A stretch of DNA of 64,000 nt from Nitrospirales bacterium. Lineage in GTDB: Bacteria; Nitrospirota; Nitrospiria; Nitrospirales; UBA8639. This document shows, piece after piece, positions 1 to 10,164 of this stretch (positions are counted from its first letter, which is position 1; the number at the start of each line of letters is the position of its first letter). The notes below the pieces were generated by a model. It saw only the letters and a program-made list of their open reading frames with translations. It made no database searches and had not been told where the DNA came from. A program made the position numbers and the translations under genes. The stretch lies in assembly GCA_965223295.1 (NCBI GenBank), contig CBDCWC010000002.1, forward strand, positions 1,312,001 through 1,376,000, given 5' to 3'.

Positions 1-35
1 TCCTCTCTATACATCGATTGTAACGCCATTACAAG

Positions 36-1445
36 CTAAGACAATTCATGCGAGTCAGGCTGAGAAAAACGGGGAGCAATATCGGCTGGTTTATCTGACG
101 GATGAAGACCATATTTTTTGAGGAGTTTATAAAAATCTGCACGGTAGCGTCCAGCAATTTGTGAAGCACGAGAGATATTCCCTTGCGTGGCTCGCAAAAG
201 ACCTCTGAGATATTCTCGCTCAAACGCCTCTTTAGCTTCCGTTAGTGGCTGCAAACTCCCAGGCTGTGTTGTCTCCTGTTGTGAAAGTGGTAAAAATTCT
301 TCCGTAATGGTTTCATGAGATGACATCACAACTGCTCGCTCAATCATATTTTCTAGTTCCCGGACATTTCCCGGCCACGCATAGGTCAGCAAACGTTGCA
401 TGGCTTCAGGAGAAACCCTTTTCACCATCTTGTCATGATGTTCCGCATGACGTTTCAGAAAAAATTGCGCCAGAGAAGGAATGTCATCCCTGCGCTCTCG
501 CAAAGGCGGAAGATGAAGAGGTACCACATGAATACGATAGTAGAGATCTTCACGGAAGCGTCCCTCTCGAACCGCAATTTCAAGATCTTTGTTAGTTGCA
601 GCTAAAATCCTCACATCGATCTTGACCGGGACCTGCCCTCCAACTGGAAGAATTTCGCGATTTTGAATGGCACGCAGCAATTTACCTTGAAGAGCCAAAG
701 GCATTTCGCCAATTTCATCTAAAAAAAGCGTCCCTTTATCTGCACTATGAATTAAGCCTCGTTTGTTTTGATGTGCCCCGGTAAATGAACCTTTCAGATG
801 TCCAAATAACTCACTTTCAAATAGGGTTTCTGGAATCGCCGCACAATTAACCGCCATAAACGGTTTCGACGCTCGAGGGCTATTACAATGAATCACTCGG
901 GCGATGACTTCTTTTCCCGTTCCAGTTTCACCCGAAATACAAATTGTTGTATCGGTCTTCGCAACACGTGCAACTTGTTGAAGAACAGCATGCATCTGCG
1001 GGCTACGGGCCACTACATTATCCAGCCCATATAGTTCATTCACCAATAACTGAAGGCGATGGATTTCCTCACCCATTCGCTTTGTAATTAAGGCCTTATC
1101 AATACTCTCCCGCAATTCTTTGTCATCGAACGGCTTCGTTAAATAACCATAGGCCCCTTTTTTCATGGCTTGCACCGCATTAGGGATACATCCATGTGCG
1201 GTCAAAATCAAGACAGGCAGATTGGTCTGATGTTGATGCAATTCTTCCATTAAATCTAGCCCATCAGCATCGGGTAAACGAAGATCAAGGATCGCAAAAT
1301 CATACGGATCTTCCTGCGCACAATTCAGTGCCTCTTCACCATTCCCACACGTTGTCACGGCAAAACCCATGGACCGCAGGCGCATTTTCAGTAGGGTTAA
1401 TAAACTTGGGTCGTCATCAACGACAAGAATTCGTTCATCTGACAT
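36..1445 (-). CDS. glrR: Sigma-54-dependent response regulator (REC-AAA+-Fis HTH), GlrR/QseF-like
   Basis: REC domain (ILVVDDD, DLRLP), Walker A GETGTGKE, GSFTGA loop, Walker B LFLDEIG, WPGNVRELEN; C-terminal GNISRASQIAGRYRADFYKLL resembles the GlrR HTH. The symbol is less certain than the family call. Confidence 0.85.
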   Translation of the reverse strand: MSDERILVVDDDPSLLTLLKMRLRSMGFAVTTCGNGEEALNCAQEDPYDFAILDLRLPDADGLDLMEELHQHQTNLPVLILTAHGCIPNAVQAMKKGAYGYLTKPFDDKELRESIDKALITKRMGEEIHRLQLLVNELYGLDNVVARSPQMHAVLQQVARVAKTDTTICISGETGTGKEVIARVIHCNSPRASKPFMAVNCAAIPETLFESELFGHLKGSFTGAHQNKRGLIHSADKGTLFLDEIGEMPLALQGKLLRAIQNREILPVGGQVPVKIDVRILAATNKDLEIAVREGRFREDLYYRIHVVPLHLPPLRERRDDIPSLAQFFLKRHAEHHDKMVKRVSPEAMQRLLTYAWPGNVRELENMIERAVVMSSHETITEEFLPLSQQETTQPGSLQPLTEAKEAFEREYLRGLLRATQGNISRASQIAGRYRADFYKLLKKYGLHPSDKPADIAPRFSQPDSHELS

Positions 1446-1455
1446 GTTAGCTCCT

Positions 1456-2277
1456 TTAGGGTTGGCTGGCTTGAGGAACAGCCTCCTGATTTTCTAATGG
1501 ATTTTCAACTTCCGGACTTGGTGTCATATTTTCTGAAGGACGCGTCGGAGGAACCTTTTCTCGAATCTCTTGATCAATCCGACGCAAGGCTTCCAGTTGC
1601 TGCATTAATTCTTTTACCTTTGCCTCACTGAGCTTCAGTTCTTGTTGAACGTCCTGAACAAAAGCTTGGTCTTTTTTGGCTTGCTCAAGCTGGTTCGTGA
1701 GGGTCGTGATGGCTTGCTTTTGTCTTATAACGACTTCGTCCTGGGCAGCCAACTCATTCCTCAGCCCCTCATCCTCAGGGATATCCTCCAACTGCCTCAT
1801 CAGCTCATGGATCGACAATTCTTTACTGACCATTTCGCGCGTCATTCGCCGCATCAGTTCATAAGATGTAAGACCAGCATTGTTAGGGGAATTCAACACC
1901 TCTAAAAACCATAACCAAAAACGACTTTCCGTTGCGAACAAACTATTGGGAGCCGAGGTGACAACTTTTCGAAAATGTAAAGCGGCTAATTCACGATTTT
2001 CATATAATGCTGCCACCCCACGAAGAAAATGAGTACGCTGACAAGCCTGTTCATCGTTGCAGAGTCCCAATTGTTTTTCCTGATCTTCCGCAATGGCTTT
2101 AAAGTAGGGCACGTCTTCTAACTCCGGCTCCAGGACGTCGGCAAGATTACTTTCAGAAACCGTATACGGTTCGACTGGTTGCTCAACATGCACATCAGGC
2201 CCGGTACATGAAATCAGCAATACGATTCCGAAAATAACTGAAAGCGCTTGCCATGCTTCATTGGGAGAGTCCGTCAT
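1456..2277 (-). CDS. Putative lipoprotein with coiled-coil C-terminus, in the QseG/YfhG position
   Basis: Likely start ATG 2277 (ORF track extends to 2370, overlapping the kinase); hydrophobic stretch ending in lipobox-like LLISC; Q/E/L-rich helical tail; lies between kinase and regulator. Confidence 0.65.
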   Translation of the reverse strand: MTDSPNEAWQALSVIFGIVLLISCTGPDVHVEQPVEPYTVSESNLADVLEPELEDVPYFKAIAEDQEKQLGLCNDEQACQRTHFLRGVAALYENRELAALHFRKVVTSAPNSLFATESRFWLWFLEVLNSPNNAGLTSYELMRRMTREMVSKELSIHELMRQLEDIPEDEGLRNELAAQDEVVIRQKQAITTLTNQLEQAKKDQAFVQDVQQELKLSEAKVKELMQQLEALRRIDQEIREKVPPTRPSENMTPSPEVENPLENQEAVPQASQP

Positions 2278-2288
2278 AAACTGCCAGG

Positions 2289-3773
2289 TCAGTGCACGGT
2301 TTTCACCGAGGCGCGCGGGGAAACAATAAAATGTACCGCGGTGCCTTTGCCATTTACACTTTCTGCCCAAATAGTGCCGCTATGATCTTCGATCACGCGC
2401 TTAGCTAGGGCTAAGCCAATTCCACTTCCAACATGGACACGCCCTTCCTGGGCTTTTCCTTGATAAAATCGTTCGAAAATATGTGGCAAATCTTCTTCTG
2501 GAATACCCGGCCCTGAATCTTCAACCATAAAGTGTATTCCCGTACTGACAGAATCCGCTTTCGAACGTATGGCAATCGTCGCACCATGAGGGCTAAATTT
2601 AATGGCATTAGACAACAGATTTTCAAAGACTTGTTCCATCCTTTGACTATCCACTTCTTGGATTTTTACCTTGCCTGGGACTAAATCGATGGTCATGTGA
2701 ATATTTTTTCGATCAGCTAACAGTTTGACTTTTTCGGTCGATCGCACCGCCAAACGATTTAAATCAGTGGGATGAAAATTATAGGAAACCATATCCGCTT
2801 CCATCCTCGAGAGATCCAACAAATTGCCAATCAACTGATTCAATCGTTGACTACTATCCGAAATGATTGAGAGGGTTTCTCGTTGATCTTTGGTCAATTC
2901 TCCTGGAACCCCATCAAGCAACAACTGTGAACCTTCTCGAATTGAAGTAAGTGGCGTTCGTAATTCATGTGAAATATTCGCCAGAAATTCGGATTTCATT
3001 TCATCCAACTTTTGCAGTTTTCTGCCCATCGAATTGACCTGTTCAACCAAATCCCGCAGTTCCTGAGGCACCGCGAGCGATATCGTTCCTCCAAATTGCC
3101 CTTGTCCTATTCGACGAATCTGTGCTTTAACCCGCCGCAATGGACGAAGGATACTATAGCTGGCAATGCCGGCCAAGCCAAGGCCCAAGACCAGAGCCAT
3201 CATCAGCAATTGTTGGGTAATGGCTTGGGCTTCAACCGAGCGCAGATGGGAATCCCGAAGAATCGCTCCGACACTCGCCTCCTGAGACGTAATATAGGCA
3301 TTGATGGTCTGAGTCATCGCTTCAAGAAGCGTATCGCGTTTTTGCTCATAGCTGACAATGTCAAATGGAGTCCTATCCGCCTGTTCAACCCCAACACTGA
3401 GAAACAGGGTATGAAATTCTTCATGATGGGCCTTGACAATTTGAAGGGCCTCGCGAGTCGTGCCCTCATTTTCTTGATCTTCGAGCGCCTTTAACGTCTT
3501 TCTAAAATTTTCAGCCTCTTGCAAAAAATCCTTCAGAAGAGTGGTGTCTCGTAAGACGAGATATTGCTTATCACTCTTTAATTGGGCATACAGGCTCGTG
3601 ATCAACTGCTTGGCAGTTTCCACGGCTGGAAAATGGTGAGTGGCAAGTTCAGCATTCAAATTGGTTAACGCACGAAACTGATTCAGAATATACAAATTCA
3701 GCCCTATCACCAGGGCAAGAATTGTCACATACCCCAACGCCAACCGCCAAAAAATTGAAAGCCTAGAAAACAT
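2289..3773 (-). CDS. glrK: Membrane HAMP sensor histidine kinase, GlrK/QseE-like
   Basis: Two TM segments, HAMP, H-box SHELRTPL, N-box NLLSNAIKFS, DSGPGI, GSGIGL; same operon as the GlrR-like regulator. Confidence 0.85.
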   Translation of the reverse strand: MFSRLSIFWRLALGYVTILALVIGLNLYILNQFRALTNLNAELATHHFPAVETAKQLITSLYAQLKSDKQYLVLRDTTLLKDFLQEAENFRKTLKALEDQENEGTTREALQIVKAHHEEFHTLFLSVGVEQADRTPFDIVSYEQKRDTLLEAMTQTINAYITSQEASVGAILRDSHLRSVEAQAITQQLLMMALVLGLGLAGIASYSILRPLRRVKAQIRRIGQGQFGGTISLAVPQELRDLVEQVNSMGRKLQKLDEMKSEFLANISHELRTPLTSIREGSQLLLDGVPGELTKDQRETLSIISDSSQRLNQLIGNLLDLSRMEADMVSYNFHPTDLNRLAVRSTEKVKLLADRKNIHMTIDLVPGKVKIQEVDSQRMEQVFENLLSNAIKFSPHGATIAIRSKADSVSTGIHFMVEDSGPGIPEEDLPHIFERFYQGKAQEGRVHVGSGIGLALAKRVIEDHSGTIWAESVNGKGTAVHFIVSPRASVKTVH

Positions 3774-3978
3774 ACCTAGGCAAAAACAATGAAATTAATA
3801 ACATGCATGTGGAGGAAAATTCCTTCGGGCTCAACTATGGGATCTTACTGATCAAATTCATCACGTTTCAGCGAAAAGCTCTTTCAAATCAGTGAAGTAA
3901 TAAGTAAGAGTGGCATACCCTATCATGGACTTCACATATAGAAAACCCCTTGACGGTTAAGGTATTCAGACATTTTTT

Positions 3979-3995
3979 TTGGCACATGCATTGCT
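3979..3995 (+). promoter_or_regulatory. Sigma-54 (-24/-12) promoter
   Basis: TTGGCACATGCATTGCT matches TGGCAC-N5-TTGC exactly; intergenic and divergent from a sigma-54 activator operon. Confidence 0.75.
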
Positions 3996-4394
3996 TAAGG
4001 AATAAAAGTTCTTCATTAACTTGATAATTTTAAATAGTACCTATTTCGGATCTAGCTTCTTTATCTCCCCCGCGTAATGAATTGGCCACATTTATTTTTT
4101 GCCTGTAACTTCGACCTGCATTACTACATCGGTAATCTGCAAGGCTTCGCGTTAAGGGCCCGAGCATGTTTAAACGCGTCATCTTCGATATCCATCACAT
4201 CATTCACTATATCGCCAAACAAACAATTGCAAAATCCCCTGCAAACCTAACTGAGTGTAATTAAATTTCTTAGTCGGAGCAGTAAAATCCTCAGCACTTC
4301 CATAAAGAACGACCTCGTCTATCCATGCGTCTACAAAATTTTCTTTTGCAAGCTTCTGAAGCCAACCCCCCTCAACCGTAATGTGGAGCACGAC

Positions 4395-5576
4395 ATGAAT
4401 TGTTTCCCTCTTTTCCGTAAGTTTCTCCAGGTATTACCGAGTACCATCATCGTCCCCCTATTGTTTCTTTTGAGCTGTTGTATAATGATTTCGACTCTTC
4501 ATGCAGCCAGTGTCTCACTGACATGGAATGCTAACACAGAGTCAGACCTGGCCGGATATAAAATTTACTTACGTACACTTCCTTCCACCGATTATGGTTC
4601 AGCGGTTTTTTCTGGGTTACCTTCAAATCCCTCTTCTCCTCAAAAAACCATCACAAATCTTGCTGAAGGTCGTTCATATGGAGCAATTGTCACAGCTTAC
4701 GATAATGCAGGAAACGAAAGCGGACCTTCAAATGAAGGGCAATTTACAACTTCCTCTTCTTCGACCACCTTTCCCTTAACGATCAAAAAAGAAGGGAATG
4801 GCAGTGGAACCATTACAAGTAATCCTGTAGGCATTAGCTGCGGAAGTACTTGTTCGACTCGTTTTCCAGAAAATAGCTCTATTACCCTTACCGCGGTAGC
4901 TGGGTCTGGTTCGGCCTTTACCGGCTGGAGTGGAGGAGGCTGCAGTGGCTCCAACACTTCTTGCACCATCACCCTCCCCTTGGGCAAAACAGTCACGGCC
5001 ACATTCGAGCAGTCACAAACATCTACCTCCACTTCCCCCTTAACGGTAAAGTTTGAGGGGACTGGTTCCGGAAGGGTCAGCAGCAGTCCTAGCGGCCTCA
5101 GCTGTACGAGTAACTGCTCAGTTCGTTTTCCAACAAATAGTTCGATTACCCTTTCCGCGGCAGCGGGTACCGGTTCGGTCTTTGCCGGCTGGAGTGGAGG
5201 AGGCTGCAGCGGGACGAATACTTCTTGTACCGTTTATCTCAACTTCGGCAAAACGGTTCGAGCTAGCTTTCAGTCCTCACAAACGTCGGGAACCCCTAGT
5301 ATAGTCACGCCCACACCGGGGACCTCGATTTCGGGCGGGAGCACGACCTTTACCTGGCAACCCAACGGAACTGCTGTGACTGAATGGTGGCTGTATGTGG
5401 GAACCAGTCTAGGCGCTAAAGACATCTTAACCAGTGGCTCAATTCCCAGTGGCACCCTCTCGCGTACCGTATCAGGTCTCCCCACCAATGGGAGCTCGGT
5501 CTGGGTTAAGCTCTGGTGGCGTACGGCTTCGACGGACTGGCAAAACACCGATTTCCAATATTCCACCAGAAGATGA
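4395..5576 (+). CDS. Secreted modular protein: FN3 (lacking first strand) + 2 InlB-B-like repeats + Trp-rich Ig-like module
   Basis: ATG 4395 after GGAG; signal peptide ending LHA-A; VSLTWNANTESDLAGYKIY...TAYDNAGNES; two GxGSGxxxSxPxGxSC...FxGWSGGGCSG repeats; C-terminal FTWQPNxTAVTEWWLYVG module. Confidence 0.85.
   Translation: MNCFPLFRKFLQVLPSTIIVPLLFLLSCCIMISTLHAASVSLTWNANTESDLAGYKIYLRTLPSTDYGSAVFSGLPSNPSSPQKTITNLAEGRSYGAIVTAYDNAGNESGPSNEGQFTTSSSSTTFPLTIKKEGNGSGTITSNPVGISCGSTCSTRFPENSSITLTAVAGSGSAFTGWSGGGCSGSNTSCTITLPLGKTVTATFEQSQTSTSTSPLTVKFEGTGSGRVSSSPSGLSCTSNCSVRFPTNSSITLSAAAGTGSVFAGWSGGGCSGTNTSCTVYLNFGKTVRASFQSSQTSGTPSIVTPTPGTSISGGSTTFTWQPNGTAVTEWWLYVGTSLGAKDILTSGSIPSGTLSRTVSGLPTNGSSVWVKLWWRTASTDWQNTDFQYSTRR
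4770..5271 (+). repeat. Tandem pair of about 80-aa InlB-B-like (divergent) repeats within the CDS
   Basis: Shared DNA CCGGCTGGAGTGGAGGAGGCTGCAG near 4921 and 5185; conserved Cys pairs. Confidence 0.8.
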
Positions 5577-6176
5577 GGGCATAACTACTAACCTTAACTG
5601 AAAACCTATTACTCTTTTCGACCTAGCAGACCATCGGCACAGTCACGGAAAAAAGAGTTGCCTTTAACCATTTGTCTTTCTTCACGGATGAGGAGATGAA
5701 CAGAAGATCTTTTAGGGCTACCCAAAGAAGTAATCCCCGGTAAATGCTGAAAAAAAACTTGTTCCGTACTACCCCTCCTCAATCGCTACCATTTCGAAGT
5801 AAAAAACGTTTAACGAGACTGAAGATAGTTAAAAAGAGGTATATATGGCATGATCCATTTGCATGCCTCCTTAGGGGTGCGTTTTGGGTCTTTTCCCTTT
5901 GCCTCCACAGTGAAATTGTTCCTAAAACATATCCATTGCACGTTCTTTTCTTTAAACTGTTCAAATCATTAAGGTTCAATCCGGGCTTCAACCAACGCGA
6001 CAATGAACATCAACAAACCAAGGCTTTAGGAAGATGTTATTTGCGTCTTGTTTTATTTTTAGATACATGAGTAAATAAAATCGTTACTGAGAATTTCTTC
6101 GTTTTTTTTTAATAAATAGCCTATCATTTCAACTTTTATAAAATTCAACTTGGGGCAGTATGGAGGATGACGAGTC

Positions 6177-9100
6177 ATGAAATATAAATTATTGATGGTG
6201 GTAACTTTTCTTTTTGGCCTGAATCCCAATCTAAGCTTAGGAACAGAACTCGGAGATCTTGCCACCTCTATGGCAGTCGGAACATGGACAAAACTCAATA
6301 CAAACGGATTCACGAAAAACTATCTTCTCTATCCCAATGGACCAAACACTCACCCAACGACCAATTTTTTAGGCGAAGTCTCCTGGGATCCCGTGACCAA
6401 AAAAGTTTTCTTTTTAGGTGCAGGACATTTTAATTATTCCCAGTTGCATGTGTATTCCGAATCTACAAATACATGGACACGCGGCCCAGAGCCGCCAGGT
6501 GCGCCAATTCAACTGGGCCATGGCTATAGCCACAACGCTCTATCCGTAGGTGACCGAGTATTGGGGTTTCTTCATTCTAATCCTAATAAACTGACTTTCT
6601 ACCAGTACAATATCGGTGCTAACACATGGACACAACGCTCCTCCACATCAAATGACGGAGGCATCGCTCATGCAATGACCTATTTTCCGGATCGCTCAAA
6701 ATGGTATGTGGCTGATGGGACGTTTGGGCGAATATTGGAGTATGACCATATCTCCAATTCTTGGGGTACCGTTGAGACCGAACCAGACTGTTTTGGAACA
6801 GAGTCAGGAGGATATTATCACCAATTTGGTTCATACAATGCCGTCCGAAAGGAGATGGTCTTTGGAGGTGGTAATGTTTATTCTGGGAACAATAAATTCT
6901 CCAAATCCTGGTGCAAAATGGATAAGGACGGCGATATTACCCTTATGCCTGAGGCTCCCCATACACTCCGAATCCCCGAGGGCACAACCAGCACGAAGGG
7001 AGCATTAGTTTCAATTGATCCAGCCAGCGGAGATCTGTTGGTACTGACCCAGATTGGAACTTTTTTTGCGTTTAACTTTTCAACAAATGAATGGACAGCC
7101 ATTCAAGATCAAGCAACCAGACCAAACGTCTTTAAGCAGACAAGTAATAATGTCACCAATGGCTTTGTCGTTCCCATTAGCACGTATGGCGTCACGATGT
7201 ATGCGGATCATAATAATAATCCTACCCTTTGGCTCTATAAACATGCACAGGGAGGCACAGTCGTCACACCACCGGCTGCTGACACGACTCCGCCATCAGT
7301 ACCTACAGGTCTGTCAGGATCCGCGACCTCCTCATCGACAGCAAGTATGAATTGGAATGCATCAAACGATAATGTAGGGGTTGCAGGGTATCAGGTACTG
7401 AGGAACAACAATAGCGTTGCCACGCCATCAGGGACCTCATTCAATGATACCGGCCTTGTGCCGGATACAACCTATTCCTACAGTGTGAAGGCATTTGATT
7501 CCGCTGGAAACTTTTCCGCTGCGTCGTCATCAATCAGTATCACCACACCAAGCGAATCAACGGGAGGAGGATCGGGGGGATCCGGGGGCTCTAGTGGATC
7601 CGGAGGCTCTGGGGGGCAAAGTTCCAATACGGCATCAAACGTTCTTGTCATTCACGACACATCGGGAGACAGTCAAAGCAACAGACCTATCTCCCTTGCG
7701 AGGCCATTTCGGAAAGGTGATATTTCCAATTTTGCACAGGCAGTGATCAATGGCACACCGGTACTCACACAGAATGACGTCAAGAACCGTTGGCCAGATG
7801 GGTCATTGAAATTCGCGATCGTCAGTTTTGTGATTCCAAATCTTTCGTCAAACGGATCCGTTGAAGTGAAACTGGTCAATCAAAACTCAGGTCACAACAC
7901 CGGGTTTTTGAGTAAGTCAGATATGCTGAACTCAAACTATAACTTCGACGGGACCATTCGTATGGCTGGTGCAGCAACTAAATCCATCAGCGCCCGGCAG
8001 ATACTTGAAAACGGCCACTTCCGATATTGGCTAAAAGGGCCTATCGTGACGGCTGTTATTCTTGAAGACCGTACGCCGACAAGAACCTATGACCAGGATT
8101 TTGGAGATGGCAGCAAAGCTCTGCACCCCATATTTGAGGCCTGGTTCTACCCGCAAGGGAAAAAGGTACAGCTGGGCTATACGGTCGAAAATGTGTGGTC
8201 CAGCTCGACCGCCTCCAAAAGTATGAGGGATCTCCGTTACTCGCTCACGCTGACATCGGGACATTCTTCCCAAAAAACTGAATTTACCCATGCCTCCTTT
8301 AAGCATATTGCGCGAAGCCGTTGGCACAGGTTGTATTGGCTTGGGACTGATCCTGGAGGAGTTCGTATCGATCACAATCTTGCTTATCTGGTGACAACAG
8401 CAGCCATACCTCACTACGATACATCAATAAACGTGTCACCATCATTGGAAGGGAATTTGTACAACGAGTACGGAAAGTATGATGGAACATTCGATGGATC
8501 AGATGGAGGCAACACCAACAAACTTGGCCTATACAAGAAATCCTTGAATTCTACGGGAGCCAGCTATTGGATCGGGTTACAAGCAACATGGGAGACAACC
8601 TGGTTGTATTCCATGAGTACGAGAGGCTGGGAAATGGTACTTGGGAACGCAGACCTCGGGAGCCGAATGCCTATATTTTATCGGGAAGCTGACGAGCTAG
8701 CAGGATCGGGTGATTATTTTGATCAACGTTATACACAAAATGCGAAGTTAGCATCTGCTGGACAGAAGCAGGGCACTGGAACAGTGAATACCTTTGGACG
8801 TCCAATTTCTGTGAACGCCCGCCGCTTTGTTGACTTAGGATCACCCCACTCTTCCAGCCAATCCGCTGCTGATAAAATTAAGACCGGAACCATTTCAACT
8901 GACGGATGGAATCAAACAGACAGCAGTCATCATACAGACATCTGCTACACAGCCTACCTGTTTTCGGGCCGTTATTACTATTTGGACTGCTTACAAATGG
9001 AAGCCGCCTTTCGAGTAGGATGGAAAACTCCCGGATTTAATAGCCCATTCGGCCGTCCGGGAGAAGTGGGGCTGTTTAATGGATCCAACGTCCGACATGA

Positions 9101-10010
9101 TGCGTGGTCCTGGAAGAACGTGATGTACGCCGCATTTATCTCACCAGACGGGCAACCTGAGCAAGCCTATTTCCTCCAATCTTTGAAAGACAATATTAGT
9201 GAATGGGAAGGGCTGCTCAATTTACCTGCCACCTATACCAACCGGCCCGAGGTGTGGAACTATGGTCGACAAACCCGCTCCTCTAACTGCAACCTCATAG
9301 GTAATTGCATACAAGGGAATTTTGGACCATCCCCATTTGGGGAATTCACCGTGGGCGGAACACCTTTTATTGATAATGCGTATATGGACGGAAATTTGGT
9401 GAACTCGGGCATCTCGCCATTTGAACTAAATTTTCTCATTGCAGGCTTGGCAATGGGACGGAATATGGGGATCGTGAAGCCTGATACGCTTTTAAAGTAT
9501 TTTGCAATCATGCGATTCAACCTCACGTTAAACCCTGAAGCTTATGTAGGGTCCCCATCAGAGGGGATTCCACTTGGGCCTTATGCCATGGAGGTGTATA
9601 AATTTCCCACCATTGTGAAAGCCTCGAATGCATGGCCATCTTCCTGGAACCAGTTGGCCTCACTGTTCCAGACTAATCCGGATGCCAATGGAGGGCAAGC
9701 GAGAACACATTCACCCGTTTTTGGCTGGCGTGGCGAAAACGGACGAGCGGGCTTATCGCCTGATCATAGCTATCGCTTGATCGCCAGAGCCTCACTTGCA
9801 GCCTTATACCCTTATACCGTTGATGGCTATACTGGGCAGCAAGCATGGAACTATTTCTTGTCGGTTGCCCCCGACGATACCAATGACTTAGAAACACGTA
9901 GTCCAAAATGGGCAATTACCCCAATGAATGTGAGTGGAAATAGCGGCGGTAGTTCTGGCACCCCTGACACAACCCCCCCCAGCCCACCGAGGAATTTAGT
10001 TGTTCAATAG
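6177..10010 (+). CDS. Large secreted protein: kelch-like propeller + FN3 + Gly/Ser linker + WPDGS (PcRGLX/PL26-like) putative polysaccharide lyase domain + C-terminal PPSPPRNLVVQ tail
   Basis: RBS GGAGG; signal peptide; repeated YxxxxNxW blades; chitinase-type FN3 DTTPPSVPTGL...DNVGVAGY...KAFDSAGN; NRWPDGSLKFA motif. The lyase function is inferred. Confidence 0.75.
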   Translation: MKYKLLMVVTFLFGLNPNLSLGTELGDLATSMAVGTWTKLNTNGFTKNYLLYPNGPNTHPTTNFLGEVSWDPVTKKVFFLGAGHFNYSQLHVYSESTNTWTRGPEPPGAPIQLGHGYSHNALSVGDRVLGFLHSNPNKLTFYQYNIGANTWTQRSSTSNDGGIAHAMTYFPDRSKWYVADGTFGRILEYDHISNSWGTVETEPDCFGTESGGYYHQFGSYNAVRKEMVFGGGNVYSGNNKFSKSWCKMDKDGDITLMPEAPHTLRIPEGTTSTKGALVSIDPASGDLLVLTQIGTFFAFNFSTNEWTAIQDQATRPNVFKQTSNNVTNGFVVPISTYGVTMYADHNNNPTLWLYKHAQGGTVVTPPAADTTPPSVPTGLSGSATSSSTASMNWNASNDNVGVAGYQVLRNNNSVATPSGTSFNDTGLVPDTTYSYSVKAFDSAGNFSAASSSISITTPSESTGGGSGGSGGSSGSGGSGGQSSNTASNVLVIHDTSGDSQSNRPISLARPFRKGDISNFAQAVINGTPVLTQNDVKNRWPDGSLKFAIVSFVIPNLSSNGSVEVKLVNQNSGHNTGFLSKSDMLNSNYNFDGTIRMAGAATKSISARQILENGHFRYWLKGPIVTAVILEDRTPTRTYDQDFGDGSKALHPIFEAWFYPQGKKVQLGYTVENVWSSSTASKSMRDLRYSLTLTSGHSSQKTEFTHASFKHIARSRWHRLYWLGTDPGGVRIDHNLAYLVTTAAIPHYDTSINVSPSLEGNLYNEYGKYDGTFDGSDGGNTNKLGLYKKSLNSTGASYWIGLQATWETTWLYSMSTRGWEMVLGNADLGSRMPIFYREADELAGSGDYFDQRYTQNAKLASAGQKQGTGTVNTFGRPISVNARRFVDLGSPHSSSQSAADKIKTGTISTDGWNQTDSSHHTDICYTAYLFSGRYYYLDCLQMEAAFRVGWKTPGFNSPFGRPGEVGLFNGSNVRHDAWSWKNVMYAAFISPDGQPEQAYFLQSLKDNISEWEGLLNLPATYTNRPEVWNYGRQTRSSNCNLIGNCIQGNFGPSPFGEFTVGGTPFIDNAYMDGNLVNSGISPFELNFLIAGLAMGRNMGIVKPDTLLKYFAIMRFNLTLNPEAYVGSPSEGIPLGPYAMEVYKFPTIVKASNAWPSSWNQLASLFQTNPDANGGQARTHSPVFGWRGENGRAGLSPDHSYRLIARASLAALYPYTVDGYTGQQAWNYFLSVAPDDTNDLETRSPKWAITPMNVSGNSGGSSGTPDTTPPSPPRNLVVQ

Positions 10011-10123
10011 TTCTCAGTAAAACACAGTCATCAAAGCGGAGCTGCCCTGACCATTTCGGTTTCAGAAAAACCTGCTTCCCACTGATGAACTATTGACTCC
10101 ACACAATTTTCCAGTAAATATTG

Positions 10124-10164
10124 AGCCAGAGGGTTCTTCTTAGCCGTTGAGCCCTCGGCTTTTT
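10124..10164 (+). terminator. Probable intrinsic terminator
   Basis: Imperfect hairpin AGCCAGAGGGTTC...GAGCCCTCGGCT followed by TTTT, downstream of the 6177-10010 CDS. Confidence 0.55.

Noticed and set aside
3774-3978. Enterobacterial GlrR box TGTC-N10-GACA upstream of the sigma-54 promoter
   Set aside because: No match found by eye
5846-5863. Second sigma-54 promoter TGGCATGATCCATTTGCA
   Set aside because: GG-to-GC spacing is 12, not the required 10
4200-6313. Short ORFs 4200-4391, 5744-6070, 5779-6003, 6059-6313 and the many antisense ORFs across the window
   Set aside because: No motifs or RBS support; most are shadows of well-supported genes
9973-9980. C8 tract as a frameshift hiding a full C-terminal FN3 domain
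   Set aside because: Manual translation of all three frames past the tract or stop gives no FN3-like continuation
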